From a virus (lineage: Duplodnaviria; Caudoviricetes), in IMG/VR virus record IMGVR_UViG_3300048610_000026, positions 1 to 59,273 of that record: a stretch of DNA of 59,273 nt, one strand, 5' to 3'. The stretch's first letter is position 1. The number at the start of each line of letters is the position of its first letter. This document shows positions 29,330-39,425 of this stretch, piece by piece. A model generated the notes under the pieces. It searched no databases, was not told where the DNA came from, and saw only the letters and a list, made by a program, of their open reading frames with translations. The translations under genes and the position numbers were made by a program.

Positions 29330-30336
29330 TGGCTCGGGTAGGCGCTTTGATTCACTTCTACATCAACTGGAGGTCGGCAGGCAGCGAGAGCGTGCTGCAC
29401 AACATCCTCAGCCACCTCGCCGAGCAGGGGCACGAGGTGACGGCGTACGTCACCGCTGCTCCTCGCGGAGCCGTGGAGACCGAGTATGAGGGCGTTCGGC
29501 TGGTGCCGGTGCGCTCGGCGATGCACGGGGTCTCGAAGTTGCGAGCCTTCCAGCCGCAGGTGACCTTCACCCACCACGACAACGCGGTGGTCGCGCTGCA
29601 GATGCGCCGCCAGATCCGCTCGCGGATCATCTTCCTGACGCACAACGACATGAAGATCACCGAGACCCCGCTGCGGATGTCGCCAGACTTCGTGGTCTGG
29701 AACACCGACTGGGTCCGGGAGTCGCTGGTGAAGCGTCTCCCGGCCGCCGGGAAGTTGCAGTCGATGGTGATGCACCCGCCGCTGATCTGCCGCAACCACT
29801 ACACTCCGAGCGGTCTCGGCGACGCCATCACGCTGGTCAACCACAACGCGCACAAGGGCGCTCACGTGCTCTTCGGACTCGCCGAGATGATGCCGGAGCG
29901 GCGCTTCATCGCGGTCGAGGGTGGCCACGGCGTCCAGGTCTCGGTCCCCAAGCACCTGGAGAACATCGAGCACTGGCCGCAGAACCCCCACATGCGGCCG
30001 GTCTGGGCGGCTAGCAGGATTGTGCTGATGCCCTCGGTCTACGAGTCGTACGGGCTCGTCAGTGTCGAAGCGGGGTGCTCGGGTATCCCGGTGATCGCTC
30101 ACCCCACGCCCGGCCTGCAGGAGGCGCTCGGTGGCGGCGGGTTCTTTGCCGACCGCGACAACATCCAGGCGTACGCCGACACGATCGAGTTCCTCGACGA
30201 CCCGATGATGTACGACCACGCGTCGTCGATGGCTAAGGCCAACAGCGAGATGAAGAACGAGGAGTCCATCCGGGCTCTGGAGGAACTGACCCGGCACGTC
30301 GAGCACTTCGCTCTGCCGGGCATGCGAGTGAACTAG
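29329..30336 (+). CDS. GT-B (GT4-like) glycosyltransferase
   Basis: AGSE...H...L...GHEV; KG; LMPS.YESYG....EA..SGIPV. Confidence 0.9.
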   Translation: MARVGALIHFYINWRSAGSESVLHNILSHLAEQGHEVTAYVTAAPRGAVETEYEGVRLVPVRSAMHGVSKLRAFQPQVTFTHHDNAVVALQMRRQIRSRIIFLTHNDMKITETPLRMSPDFVVWNTDWVRESLVKRLPAAGKLQSMVMHPPLICRNHYTPSGLGDAITLVNHNAHKGAHVLFGLAEMMPERRFIAVEGGHGVQVSVPKHLENIEHWPQNPHMRPVWAASRIVLMPSVYESYGLVSVEAGCSGIPVIAHPTPGLQEALGGGGFFADRDNIQAYADTIEFLDDPMMYDHASSMAKANSEMKNEESIRALEELTRHVEHFALPGMRVN

Positions 30337-30345
30337 GAGAAGCAG

Positions 30346-30681
30346 ATGTCAGATATCAACCTTCGACCCGCCCGTTTCCGTAAGGTAGCGGTCGTCGAGG
30401 CCATGCAGATCCTGCCTGACCACGAGCGCAACGAGAACCTCGTTAGCGACAACAGCCTGAGCATCGCTGCGATCTCGGGGTGGATGACCTATCACGACTT
30501 CCGGGACTTCAAGGTGACCGGTGGGACGGACGGCAGCGCGTACGGTCTCTCCATCAAGTCCCTGGAGGGCTGGGTGGAGGCGGGCCCCGGCGACTGGGTG
30601 GTCATGGGCTCCGTCGGTGAGTTCTGGCGCGTGCGCGGGGACATCTTCGCCACGACGTACGCAGCGGCGGAGGACGACTGA
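30346..30681 (+). CDS. Acb4-like cyclic-nucleotide sponge candidate
   Basis: FRK..VVEAMQ...IKSLEG...A.PGDWV..G..GEF.....IF..TY. Confidence 0.55.
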   Translation: MSDINLRPARFRKVAVVEAMQILPDHERNENLVSDNSLSIAAISGWMTYHDFRDFKVTGGTDGSAYGLSIKSLEGWVEAGPGDWVVMGSVGEFWRVRGDIFATTYAAAEDD

Positions 30682-30930
30682 TGGGCGCACGTGGAGTAGG
30701 CGAGATCAGCACGCGGACGCATCGACCGCCCGCGACCAAGACGTGGAGCGTCGAGCACCGCTGGGGTCAGATGATCGGCGACACCCGGACCCTCTCAGTG
30801 ACTCGGTCAGCCGACGGACGCATGCTCATGTCCTACGGCAAGGAGGGTCTGGAGATCCGCGCCGATCTTCTTGACGCCTTCGTCGAGATGGTCAACGAGG
30901 CCCACTGCTGGGAGGACGAGGAGAAGAACG

Positions 30931-31377
30931 ATGACTGAGATCATTGAGTGCAAGGAGTGCGGTCGCTACCGGGGTGCTGAGCACCCCCGCTGCGAGGTCT
31001 GTGGGTCGGACTGGTCTCGCGAAGTCGAGCAGGAGATCACCGGTTCGACGTCCGACGGCTACCACACCTTCGATGAGTTGTACGCCTTTCGGATGCTCTA
31101 CCACGCCGCGTTCGTCAAGGCTCTCCCGACGTACCAGGGCCGCTCACTCACGCCGACCACGGTGAAGTCCTGGAAGCACAGCGACGGCGAGCCCTGCTTC
31201 GGTGGCGGGTGGTTCATCGTCGTGACGACGCTGCCCACCGGCCAGATCTCGAACCACTACGAGGCTCAGCACTGGAGCCTCTTCGAGGTGTCGGAGGTCG
31301 ACCTGCCGCCTGCGTACGACGGTCACGACGCCTCCGACGTGCTGAACCGGCTTCGGGCCTATCTGGAGTCGCGATGA
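30931..31377 (+). CDS. WDGH-domain phage protein
   Basis: SDGYHTFDELY..R; KS..H.DG..CF...WFIV...LP.GQIS.HY; YDGH. Confidence 0.7.
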   Translation: MTEIIECKECGRYRGAEHPRCEVCGSDWSREVEQEITGSTSDGYHTFDELYAFRMLYHAAFVKALPTYQGRSLTPTTVKSWKHSDGEPCFGGGWFIVVTTLPTGQISNHYEAQHWSLFEVSEVDLPPAYDGHDASDVLNRLRAYLESR

Positions 31378-31784
31378 GTGAGCCAGTAGCGCAGGAGATC
31401 CCGCTCGCCCGACTCTGGATCATGGACTGGGTCACTCGAACGGTCCGGGAGTACGAGGACGGACGAAGCCTGCTGATGCTTCCTGTGGTCCGAGAGGTCC
31501 GGAGCATCAGTCCGTTCAAGGAGTACGAGGAGCAGTTCGCCTACGCGGTGCTCTACCGAGTGCCCGCACTACCCGCCGACTGGCTCTCGATCTCCCTCTT
31601 CGGGCTCTATCCGGAGACGGAGAAGGACCGCCCGTGGGTCTCCTTCCCGAAGGTGGACCTGAACATCCACCCGAGGGAGTGGCGCACCGTGGGGTCCAAG
31701 GCCGACGGGTCGCACGTGTTCTACGGGATTGTGGCTCCTCCTGACGATCGGATCCCGCTGGCTGACCGGTGGGAGGCGAAGTGA
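31374..31784 (+). CDS. hypothetical protein
   Basis: Coupled ORF. Confidence 0.6.
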   Translation: MSEPVAQEIPLARLWIMDWVTRTVREYEDGRSLLMLPVVREVRSISPFKEYEEQFAYAVLYRVPALPADWLSISLFGLYPETEKDRPWVSFPKVDLNIHPREWRTVGSKADGSHVFYGIVAPPDDRIPLADRWEAK

Positions 31785-32123
31785 ACGCCGAAGACGAGAT
31801 CGAGGCCGCAATGGCTTGGGCTACGTACCGGAACGACTACGGCGTGGCTGCCAAGGATCTGGTCGCCGCGCACAAGGCATTCCTGGCCGGATGGAAGGCC
31901 GCTCGTGAAGGTGACCAGTCAGGAGTTCAGCGATGACCAGCATCAAGATGCTGCGCGAGAAGTTGTGCAGCGCCGCCACCGGCAACGACTGGCCGCCGGA
32001 CGTCCGGGTGGCGGTGAACGACCTGATCAACCTGATCGACGTGCACCGCCCGCTCGGGCCGGACGGGAAGCACGACTACCGCCACACTCCGACCTGCGGA
32101 TGTCTCGACAAGGGAATCGTCTC

Positions 32124-32744
32124 GTGATCGACTTCATCATCACCGGCTGCGGCCGATCCAGCACGCAGTACACCGCCGAGGTGCTGACGGCCGCTGGATT
32201 GCCGTGCGGCCACGAGACCGTGTGCTCATCCTGGACGGACGAGTACGGCGACGACGGGCTCTGGCGTACGGAGACCGGTGGCGAGTCCTCCTGGCAGGCT
32301 GCGCCGTTCGCGGGAGCGATGCAGGCCGAGGGTGTCAAGGTGATCCACCTCATCCGGCACCCAGCCGAGGTGGCCTCTAGCCTAATCGCGAATGAGATGC
32401 TGTGCCTCGACTCACCAGAGGCAAGCCCGAAACCGTGGCACAACTTCGCCACAACGTACATCGGTGACCGGTTCTGGCGTCTGCACCCGCACGACCGCGC
32501 ACTGTGGTTCTGGACGGAGTGGAACCTGCTGATCTCGGCGGCAGATCTTCACTGGACCGCGCCGATCAACGAGAGCGACATCCACAACCTTGCGCTCCTG
32601 CTCGGGCGGCGTGCCGATCTCTCAGCGCTCGCCTCGATCTCGAAGCAGGTCAACCACAGACGGGAAGTCGAGAGGCTACAGCAGAAGGACTTCACCCCGG
32701 TCATCTGGGACGAGGCCATGGACCTGTGGCGGTCCTACTTCTGA
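32124..32744 (+). CDS. sulfotransferase-like P-loop protein
   Basis: IITGCGRSST...L...G..CGHE; IHLIRHP..V..S. Confidence 0.6.
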   Translation: MIDFIITGCGRSSTQYTAEVLTAAGLPCGHETVCSSWTDEYGDDGLWRTETGGESSWQAAPFAGAMQAEGVKVIHLIRHPAEVASSLIANEMLCLDSPEASPKPWHNFATTYIGDRFWRLHPHDRALWFWTEWNLLISAADLHWTAPINESDIHNLALLLGRRADLSALASISKQVNHRREVERLQQKDFTPVIWDEAMDLWRSYF

Positions 32745-32891
32745 GGCCTCTTGACCTCGAAGCGGCGTACGCCCCGTTGATCCACCACCCACTCACCGTC
32801 GGGCAGCGCAAGCGACGGGTCGTCAGGGTCATCCCCCATGACCCGTCGCTTGCGTTTTTCCCACATGGTGGGTTTCTTCGGCTTGGCCAAC

Positions 32892-33251
32892 TCAGGCCTC
32901 CGGCTCCACCAGCCCGTGGAACGGCTGGAACCTTCGAGTGAAGTTCTCCTCTGACTCGAACCAGGGCAGGTTGATGCTGTAGAGGCTGTTGGCGATCCCC
33001 CAACGGCCAAACTCCACGTCCTCGCGATGCCGCGACGTCCCGTCCACATCGCTTGTGATGGTGTATTCGAACCGAAACCTCGCTTCGTCACCCTCGATCG
33101 GGGCGGCTGAGAAGTCGCTGAACAGCCACCCATCCTTCGGGCCGAACAGGCCAGCAGCCTCCATCTCCCCCAACCACAGATCCACGTCATCGAGCGTGTT
33201 GATCTGACGGGCGACGAACGTAGGGACCGGGTCCCAGGTGAAGAGCGGCAT
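32892..33251 (-). CDS. hypothetical protein at the end of the late operon
   Basis: ORF coupled to tail genes. Confidence 0.55.
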   Translation of the reverse strand: MPLFTWDPVPTFVARQINTLDDVDLWLGEMEAAGLFGPKDGWLFSDFSAAPIEGDEARFRFEYTITSDVDGTSRHREDVEFGRWGIANSLYSINLPWFESEENFTRRFQPFHGLVEPEA

Positions 33252-33259
33252 TGGTTCCC

Positions 33260-33697
33260 CTAGTTGTTGAGGTAGGTGCACGCCACGGACATGTTGCTGG
33301 TGGCGTTCTGAGGCTGCATGTTGAGTTGGCCGCTGGTGTCCACCCAGAAGCGGCCACCGGACGCTGAGCCTGTAGCGCCCGCCACAGCGAACATCACCAG
33401 CGGGTTCGGGCGAAAGTTGGCGGGGATGTCACCGACGACGACCTGGACGTTGGCCGCGAAGTTGCCTCCACCCGAGATCCCGACACGCCCACGCAGATAC
33501 ACCGCCCGCCCAATCCGGCGGTAGCGCGGGGTCTCCCCCATCGCGGCGTACCCCGCCCGGAGAGGGATATCAGTCCAGCCGGAATCGTAGTGCTCTCCTA
33601 GCGTGTCTGCTGTGTCCGCGTGCTCGCCGATCTCGCTGGTGATCGCATTGTTGATCCCGGTCCGCGACGGTATGTCTGAAGGCTGCAACAGAGTCAT
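33260..33697 (-). CDS. minor tail/receptor-binding protein
   Basis: DSGW...PRYRRIG..VYLRG...IP..FRP tail-fibre C-terminal pattern. Confidence 0.7.
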   Translation of the reverse strand: MTLLQPSDIPSRTGINNAITSEIGEHADTADTLGEHYDSGWTDIPLRAGYAAMGETPRYRRIGRAVYLRGRVGISGGGNFAANVQVVVGDIPANFRPNPLVMFAVAGATGSASGGRFWVDTSGQLNMQPQNATSNMSVACTYLNN

Positions 33698-36073
33698 CTA
33701 CATGCCCTCCTCAATCTCGGCCACCGTGGTGGCAGTAGGTGTGCGGTCGAAGTCATCCCACGTGTAGTCATCCCACAGCGCGTCGAAAGTGTCCCAGGTA
33801 CCGCTTGGCAGGGCGTTGGCCCAGTTCTCATCGAAGTCCTCCCAGGTGGGTGGCATCAGCGTGAAGTCCAACTTCTGGGAGACGCTGCCCTGTTCTCCGG
33901 AAAGACCCACCTTAGTCACGAGTGCGTTGGAGTGGATGCCTGTACGACTGTGGACAAGTTCGACCACGTCCCCCAAGTCCAACCTATAGTCCGGGATTGA
34001 AACTACCGTAGACGCCCGCCAAGCACGGCGGTTCACACGACCCCAGAGGAAGTCCGCGAGCGTGTTGGCGTCGGCCTCATTTTGAACGTAGTGCCCCAAG
34101 TCAATCTCCAACGCAGACTTGGAATCCGTTGCCGCGACACCGCGCTCAACGGTGGCCTCCTGGGTCTGGTCGTAGTACCACGAAGACCGCAACTTCAGCC
34201 ACGGCGTACCAGCGCTATCAACCATATGAAACGGTTGGCCGGTGAAATTCTCGATGACGACCTTCCAGGTAGCAGAGGTCACTCGTTCGACCCGCAGGCT
34301 GATGTCGTCGGGAGAGATGTGCGCCCCTGAGCCGTTGTTGTACCGGTGTGCATCCCACACGTGGTAAAACCCGTTATCGGCGTCCTTTCGGATGAACGGG
34401 GGCAGTTTCAGGTCGACCGGGTAGAGGTACTCCAGCGTGAAGAACACCTCGTTCCGACCGGGCCAGACGATGATGATGTCCTGCGCCTCGTAGACCGACG
34501 GCAGGCCGGACTGACTGGGGTCCGCCACCACTTGATCTACCGGGCGATACTTGACTACTAGTCGGTCGGCCTGGTCAGACCAGTTCATCCTCCAAGGCAC
34601 GTCCTCGAATCGAAGCCCGACGTCTACAACCCGCTCCTGCTGCAAGTTGTTCAGCCCTGCCAACGTGTTGCGGTTAAGCACCTTCAGATCACCGTAGACG
34701 TCAGTGATCAGGGCTCCGAGCCAAGCCTCCACGATAGCCTGCATCGTCGACCAAACCGACAGATCGGGGCTCAACCAGGGCGACACAATCGTACCGACCA
34801 GTGGCTCCAGGTAGATCCGCCCCTGCTCACCTCCGACCGTGTTGAGCAGGCGATCACGAGCAGCAGAGGTTGTGGTCTCATGATCCACGACGGAGAAGTT
34901 CGACAGGATCGCAGGACCACTACCTACCTCGAACACCAGCATCTCGATGTCGTGGTTGGTCGTGCGGGCCAACCTGTTTGTCATGTTGTGGACGTAAGGA
35001 CCGAACCAGAAACCGTCTCGGCGACGCACGCGCACCGAGGCGGAAGCCCAGCCGAAGGGGCTAGACGCTGTCAGAGTGACCTCGACCTGGATGCGGTTCG
35101 GGATATCAGGGTTCCTGGTGATATCCAGCGGCCCGACGTTGGTGGTGGTGTTCGCGACGCCGTTGGATCCTCCCGAATAGATGACTAGATTGACGGTGCT
35201 ATCGCCGATGCTGGTCTCCACCTGGACACCAAAATGACCGGGAGACTCGACGTCATCCCACTCGAAGCCCGCCCACCCGTCGCTAAGATCGAACGTGACG
35301 GAGAACGCGGCGGGGACAATGAACTCGACCCCGTAGTGAACGTCGGTACTGATATCCCCGGCAGTAGACAGCCCGACGTTTCCCTCTGACGAACCCCAAC
35401 TGTCCGTCGTGAGCGTCGAGATGGTTTCAAACGGGACGTTCAACGGCTCCCGAGGGATCAGCGAGCCCTGGAGCGGCACGTCCAGAATCGGGTTATAGCC
35501 GTCCACCCCAGGCGTGACGTTCGCCCCGGCTCGAAAACCCATCTGCTCGGCAAGTTCAGACACCAGCCAAACCGGGTCCTTCATCAAGGAGTCGACGTTG
35601 TCCTGTGTGATGTCGGAGTCCCATTCCTGGTCCAACACACCGGGGGTCTTGTCTTTGCCTTCGATGGTCCTCTCATCCAGTTCCACCTGCACGCCGAGTG
35701 ACGTGAGGTTTCCGCCGACATCTGCGACCTGAAACTGCCCCGTGGGAATCTTGGTGCGGTTCTCGGGGGCCAGAAGGATCTGCGCCCTTTGGCCGGTCAG
35801 TTCGTAGACCAACGAGTGCTTCCAGGGGAAGTCGTTAGGCTGCCGCTTCACGATTGCGTTGCCGGTTCCGATGGAGAGACCGTTTTGGTGCCGGACTTGA
35901 CCTGGAAGTGAAGACGACCGAATCTCACGCGTGGACGACCAAGAAGACACGTACCAGCGCACGGTATCCGTCAGTGGGTCCTCGCCTGCCGTGAGCGTGT
36001 CCAGGTGCGCCAGCGGAGTGTTCTCAACCCATGTCTGGGTGTTCCAGTCGTCCGGGATCTCGACAGCCATCAA
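33698..36073 (-). CDS. large minor tail (hub) protein
   Basis: 791 aa downstream of Dit; RLDLGDVV hub-like C-terminus. Confidence 0.7.
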   Translation of the reverse strand: MMAVEIPDDWNTQTWVENTPLAHLDTLTAGEDPLTDTVRWYVSSWSSTREIRSSSLPGQVRHQNGLSIGTGNAIVKRQPNDFPWKHSLVYELTGQRAQILLAPENRTKIPTGQFQVADVGGNLTSLGVQVELDERTIEGKDKTPGVLDQEWDSDITQDNVDSLMKDPVWLVSELAEQMGFRAGANVTPGVDGYNPILDVPLQGSLIPREPLNVPFETISTLTTDSWGSSEGNVGLSTAGDISTDVHYGVEFIVPAAFSVTFDLSDGWAGFEWDDVESPGHFGVQVETSIGDSTVNLVIYSGGSNGVANTTTNVGPLDITRNPDIPNRIQVEVTLTASSPFGWASASVRVRRRDGFWFGPYVHNMTNRLARTTNHDIEMLVFEVGSGPAILSNFSVVDHETTTSAARDRLLNTVGGEQGRIYLEPLVGTIVSPWLSPDLSVWSTMQAIVEAWLGALITDVYGDLKVLNRNTLAGLNNLQQERVVDVGLRFEDVPWRMNWSDQADRLVVKYRPVDQVVADPSQSGLPSVYEAQDIIIVWPGRNEVFFTLEYLYPVDLKLPPFIRKDADNGFYHVWDAHRYNNGSGAHISPDDISLRVERVTSATWKVVIENFTGQPFHMVDSAGTPWLKLRSSWYYDQTQEATVERGVAATDSKSALEIDLGHYVQNEADANTLADFLWGRVNRRAWRASTVVSIPDYRLDLGDVVELVHSRTGIHSNALVTKVGLSGEQGSVSQKLDFTLMPPTWEDFDENWANALPSGTWDTFDALWDDYTWDDFDRTPTATTVAEIEEGM

Positions 36074-36960
36074 GACACCCCTACGTCCAATGGGGTGATG
36101 GCATCCATAGCGACCTCCTGGAGAACGAAGGTTGAGGTCTCACGAGGCAGGGCGCAAGGATCGCAGTTCTGTCGCGGGAAAATTGGGTTGATCGACAGCG
36201 CGGGGTCCAGCACAGCGATCGAGCAGGGCGTACGACGCCCAGCACGATAGGCGTTCGGCTCGCAGTCGCCCTCGTAGACCATCAGCCCGGCGGTGAACCC
36301 GACAGCGGTCTCAACCGTGACAACCCCGTCGGCGACGGGGGTAAATACGATCGTCGCTTGATGTGGGTTGGCCTCCGTAGCCCCAGCAGCACCGTTCGCA
36401 GAGTCAACCGCCGCCCCGCTGATCTGGAGCGCCACGTTCCCACTCGGAAGGGTGGTCCACGCCGTGGCTGTGTACGTAACTCCCCCACGCACCGGGATAT
36501 CCAGCGCTCGGTAGGACGACACGCCGTCTCCGTCGTAGGTCGGCAGCCAGATCGGCTGACCCTCCGACTCACCCACGTTGAAGACAAGGGGTCCTGAGGT
36601 GAAGTTGGGGTTGCTCCATGACGTGATCAGGTCCGGGGGGACCATGTTGACCTCGGCATCGTTGGTGTCGAGGAACAGCGTCCTCATGTTGGGGTCGTCG
36701 AAGTTGTAGTCGTACGCTGCCGCTTCCAGGGCGGCGGTCGCTGCCGCCGTCGCCCGGTCGTACGCCAGATTCCAAGTCCTCGGGCCGCGAGGGGCGCGCT
36801 GAACGTAGCGGTAGCCATCCACGGTGGTGAGTTCACTGAAGGCGCGGTTGGGTACGACGTCGTTCTCGGGCTGGACCCCCTCAAGGTGGACCCAGTGACC
36901 GTGCAGGCGCAGCCAGTACGGTGAGAACGTCTCCTGGATCTCAGGTGCGAGCGTGCTCAT
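36070..36960 (-). CDS. distal tail-like minor tail protein
   Basis: Follows the tape measure; TTVDG.RY.Q.....RTW. Confidence 0.7.
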   Translation of the reverse strand: MSTLAPEIQETFSPYWLRLHGHWVHLEGVQPENDVVPNRAFSELTTVDGYRYVQRAPRGPRTWNLAYDRATAAATAALEAAAYDYNFDDPNMRTLFLDTNDAEVNMVPPDLITSWSNPNFTSGPLVFNVGESEGQPIWLPTYDGDGVSSYRALDIPVRGGVTYTATAWTTLPSGNVALQISGAAVDSANGAAGATEANPHQATIVFTPVADGVVTVETAVGFTAGLMVYEGDCEPNAYRAGRRTPCSIAVLDPALSINPIFPRQNCDPCALPRETSTFVLQEVAMDAITPLDVGVS

Positions 36961-39425
36961 GCAAGTGCCTCCGCGTATCGCTGGCCGTCGAGGTACCACT
37001 CCGCCTTGGTCCGGCGATCAGCCCCGAGCGTGACCCTCAACTGCAAGGATGCGATGGCTCGGATGATCGCGGTGATGTCGATCTCAGGGGCATTGACAGT
37101 AACCGGGGATGCTGAAGCCCCGGCACTGCCACGGATGGGTGTGATCTGCGTAGCCTCCTGGATCGACCCCAAAGCCCGAGACACGCCGGGTGTCACGCTA
37201 GCAGCGGCCTGCTCAACGGACTTCGCGAAGTCCTCCATCAGCGCCTTACCCGAGAACGTCGTGTAACCCCTGCCGGAGAACGGGCCTTCCTTCGCGGGAG
37301 AGAACGGGAACAGGTTCCGGAGTCGGCCCACAGCGCTGCTGACAGTGCCGATGGCCGCGCCGATCCTGCTGGAGACACCTCGGGTCAACCCATCGATCAG
37401 AGAGGCTCCTGCGGCGAAGAGCAGGCTTCCGAGGTTGCCGACCGCGCTCCGGAGACGGCCCGGGAGACGGGACACGAACCGAACCAAGGTGCTGACACCC
37501 CGCGACACCGCCCGCCCCATGGCGGAGAAGCCCCGAGATACCGCGTTCAGCGCGACAGACATACCTCGGCCAATGGTCCGGCCGAGGTTGAGGAAGAACG
37601 CCCCTCCCCGGGTGACCATGGAGCGGATATTCCGGACTGCCGTGTTCAGCAGGTTGAAAAACGGCAGGAAGAAACGGCCGAGGCTGAACCCCTGCTTCCA
37701 CGCCTTGAGCCAGTCCCCCCGGAGCAGGGATGTCACAAAGCGGACCGTCTTGGTGACAATCTTGAGGGCTTGACCCATCAGCCGGAAGAAGAACTTGATC
37801 TGGGAGGCGACCGCAGGACCCATGGCGCGCAGGATCGCCTTCGCGATCGGACCCAGCGCAACACCGAGTTCGCCAAGCGCCTTGCTGAGATCCTTGACCA
37901 AGGGCTGCATCTGCTTGAGCCCCTGGTCGATGACCGGCTTGATCGCGTTGAAGAAGGAGGTGAAGCCTTCCCGCAGCGGCTCGCTCTTGGCCGCGAGCGA
38001 CCCGAAGGCCACCGCCAGCGCAGCGATCACCCCGACCGGCCCTCCGGCCGCGAAAGCAGCGATCCCAGCCAGAACAGGCAGGAGAACCGGTGCCAGAGGC
38101 TTCAGCGTGGTGAGCAGGTCAGCAAAAGAGGTCACGATGCTGGCGATGACCGGGCCGAGCGTGGTGAGCGTCGCGCCAAGATCCTCTCCGAGCGTTTCCA
38201 GAATCGGGAACAGCGCCGAGCGAAGCGTGTCGAGCGCCGGGCCGATGTCGTCGAAGGCATCGCTGAGCCCCTCCAGCACCGGACCGAAGACCTTACCGAG
38301 ATCCCGGAACCCGGCAGCCATGATGCTGATCGCCTGAGAGATCTTGTTGACCTTGCCGTCGTCCAGGCTGGCGGTCCAGTCTCGGAAGGACTCACCGATC
38401 TCGGAGAACGAGTCGGCCATGTCACCGGCAGCGGGCAGGGCAGCGTTGAACAGCTGGAGCAGCCCGACGCCGAAGGCCTGCAGGCCAGGACGAAGCCGCT
38501 CGAAGACGTCAGCGACCCGGTTCATGACCGTACTGATCAGTTCGATGCCGGGAGCACTACCGGCCCAGTCAGCGAAGGCATCAACGATCCTGCCGATGCT
38601 CGCGCCGATCTTGACCATCCCAGGCTGCAGCCCCTGTGTGATGGTCTGGCTGAGCCGGTCGAAGGAACTCCCGACCTGGCTGAAGATGCTCTCCTGCACG
38701 GCGCGACGCAAGCCGCCCCACTCGTCGCTCAGCCCCCGGATCGACTCGGCTGTCTGACGAGCAGAAGGTGTCAGGTCATCGAGCGCCGAGCCGCCCTCCT
38801 TGACCGCGCTGAAGAACCCGTTCATGCCGATGGCCGCGACACCCGCAGCGATGCCTACGGTGCCCAGGATGCCACCTAGGGCAGCCAGGGAGGCGGCCAA
38901 CCCGGCAAGGATCGGGCCGATCGGAGTAACCGCAGCAGTCAGTCCTCCGAAGAGCGCGATCAACTTCAGAATCGCTGCCTGCGGGTCCGAGAAGACCTGA
39001 GCCCGGAATGACTGGCCGAAGCCGAGATTGAAGGAGTTCCCGGCGTCACCACCCGCCTTGCGGAAGACACCCGCGAGACGGTTGAAGACCGTCTTCTTCG
39101 GAGCCTTGATGTCGGTGTCAATATCGGCAACCAGATGGAGACGCCGCACCAAGGCCCGGATCCGGGCGGTCTCGCGCTGGAACTCAGCGTTGTTGAGTTC
39201 TGGGTCAAGGTCGACCGCCAACTCACGCCGGGCCAGAAGGCCTTGGGCCTTCTTGAGTTCGCTGGCGACCGCCTTCTGTTTGATCTCGGGGGTGATCTGG
39301 ACAGAAGGCAGAGACTTCTCGACACGCTTGACCTCGGCGGTCGCCCGAGCACGCATGCGCGAGGCGAAACCGTCGAAGTCAGCGTTGACGTCGAACTCGA
39401 TGTCACCGATGTTCACCGTGGCCAT
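36957..39425 (-). CDS. tape measure protein
   Basis: 822 aa Ala/Gly/Leu helical; C-terminal FPFSPAKEGPFSG motif. Confidence 0.9.
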   Translation of the reverse strand: MATVNIGDIEFDVNADFDGFASRMRARATAEVKRVEKSLPSVQITPEIKQKAVASELKKAQGLLARRELAVDLDPELNNAEFQRETARIRALVRRLHLVADIDTDIKAPKKTVFNRLAGVFRKAGGDAGNSFNLGFGQSFRAQVFSDPQAAILKLIALFGGLTAAVTPIGPILAGLAASLAALGGILGTVGIAAGVAAIGMNGFFSAVKEGGSALDDLTPSARQTAESIRGLSDEWGGLRRAVQESIFSQVGSSFDRLSQTITQGLQPGMVKIGASIGRIVDAFADWAGSAPGIELISTVMNRVADVFERLRPGLQAFGVGLLQLFNAALPAAGDMADSFSEIGESFRDWTASLDDGKVNKISQAISIMAAGFRDLGKVFGPVLEGLSDAFDDIGPALDTLRSALFPILETLGEDLGATLTTLGPVIASIVTSFADLLTTLKPLAPVLLPVLAGIAAFAAGGPVGVIAALAVAFGSLAAKSEPLREGFTSFFNAIKPVIDQGLKQMQPLVKDLSKALGELGVALGPIAKAILRAMGPAVASQIKFFFRLMGQALKIVTKTVRFVTSLLRGDWLKAWKQGFSLGRFFLPFFNLLNTAVRNIRSMVTRGGAFFLNLGRTIGRGMSVALNAVSRGFSAMGRAVSRGVSTLVRFVSRLPGRLRSAVGNLGSLLFAAGASLIDGLTRGVSSRIGAAIGTVSSAVGRLRNLFPFSPAKEGPFSGRGYTTFSGKALMEDFAKSVEQAAASVTPGVSRALGSIQEATQITPIRGSAGASASPVTVNAPEIDITAIIRAIASLQLRVTLGADRRTKAEWYLDGQRYAEALA

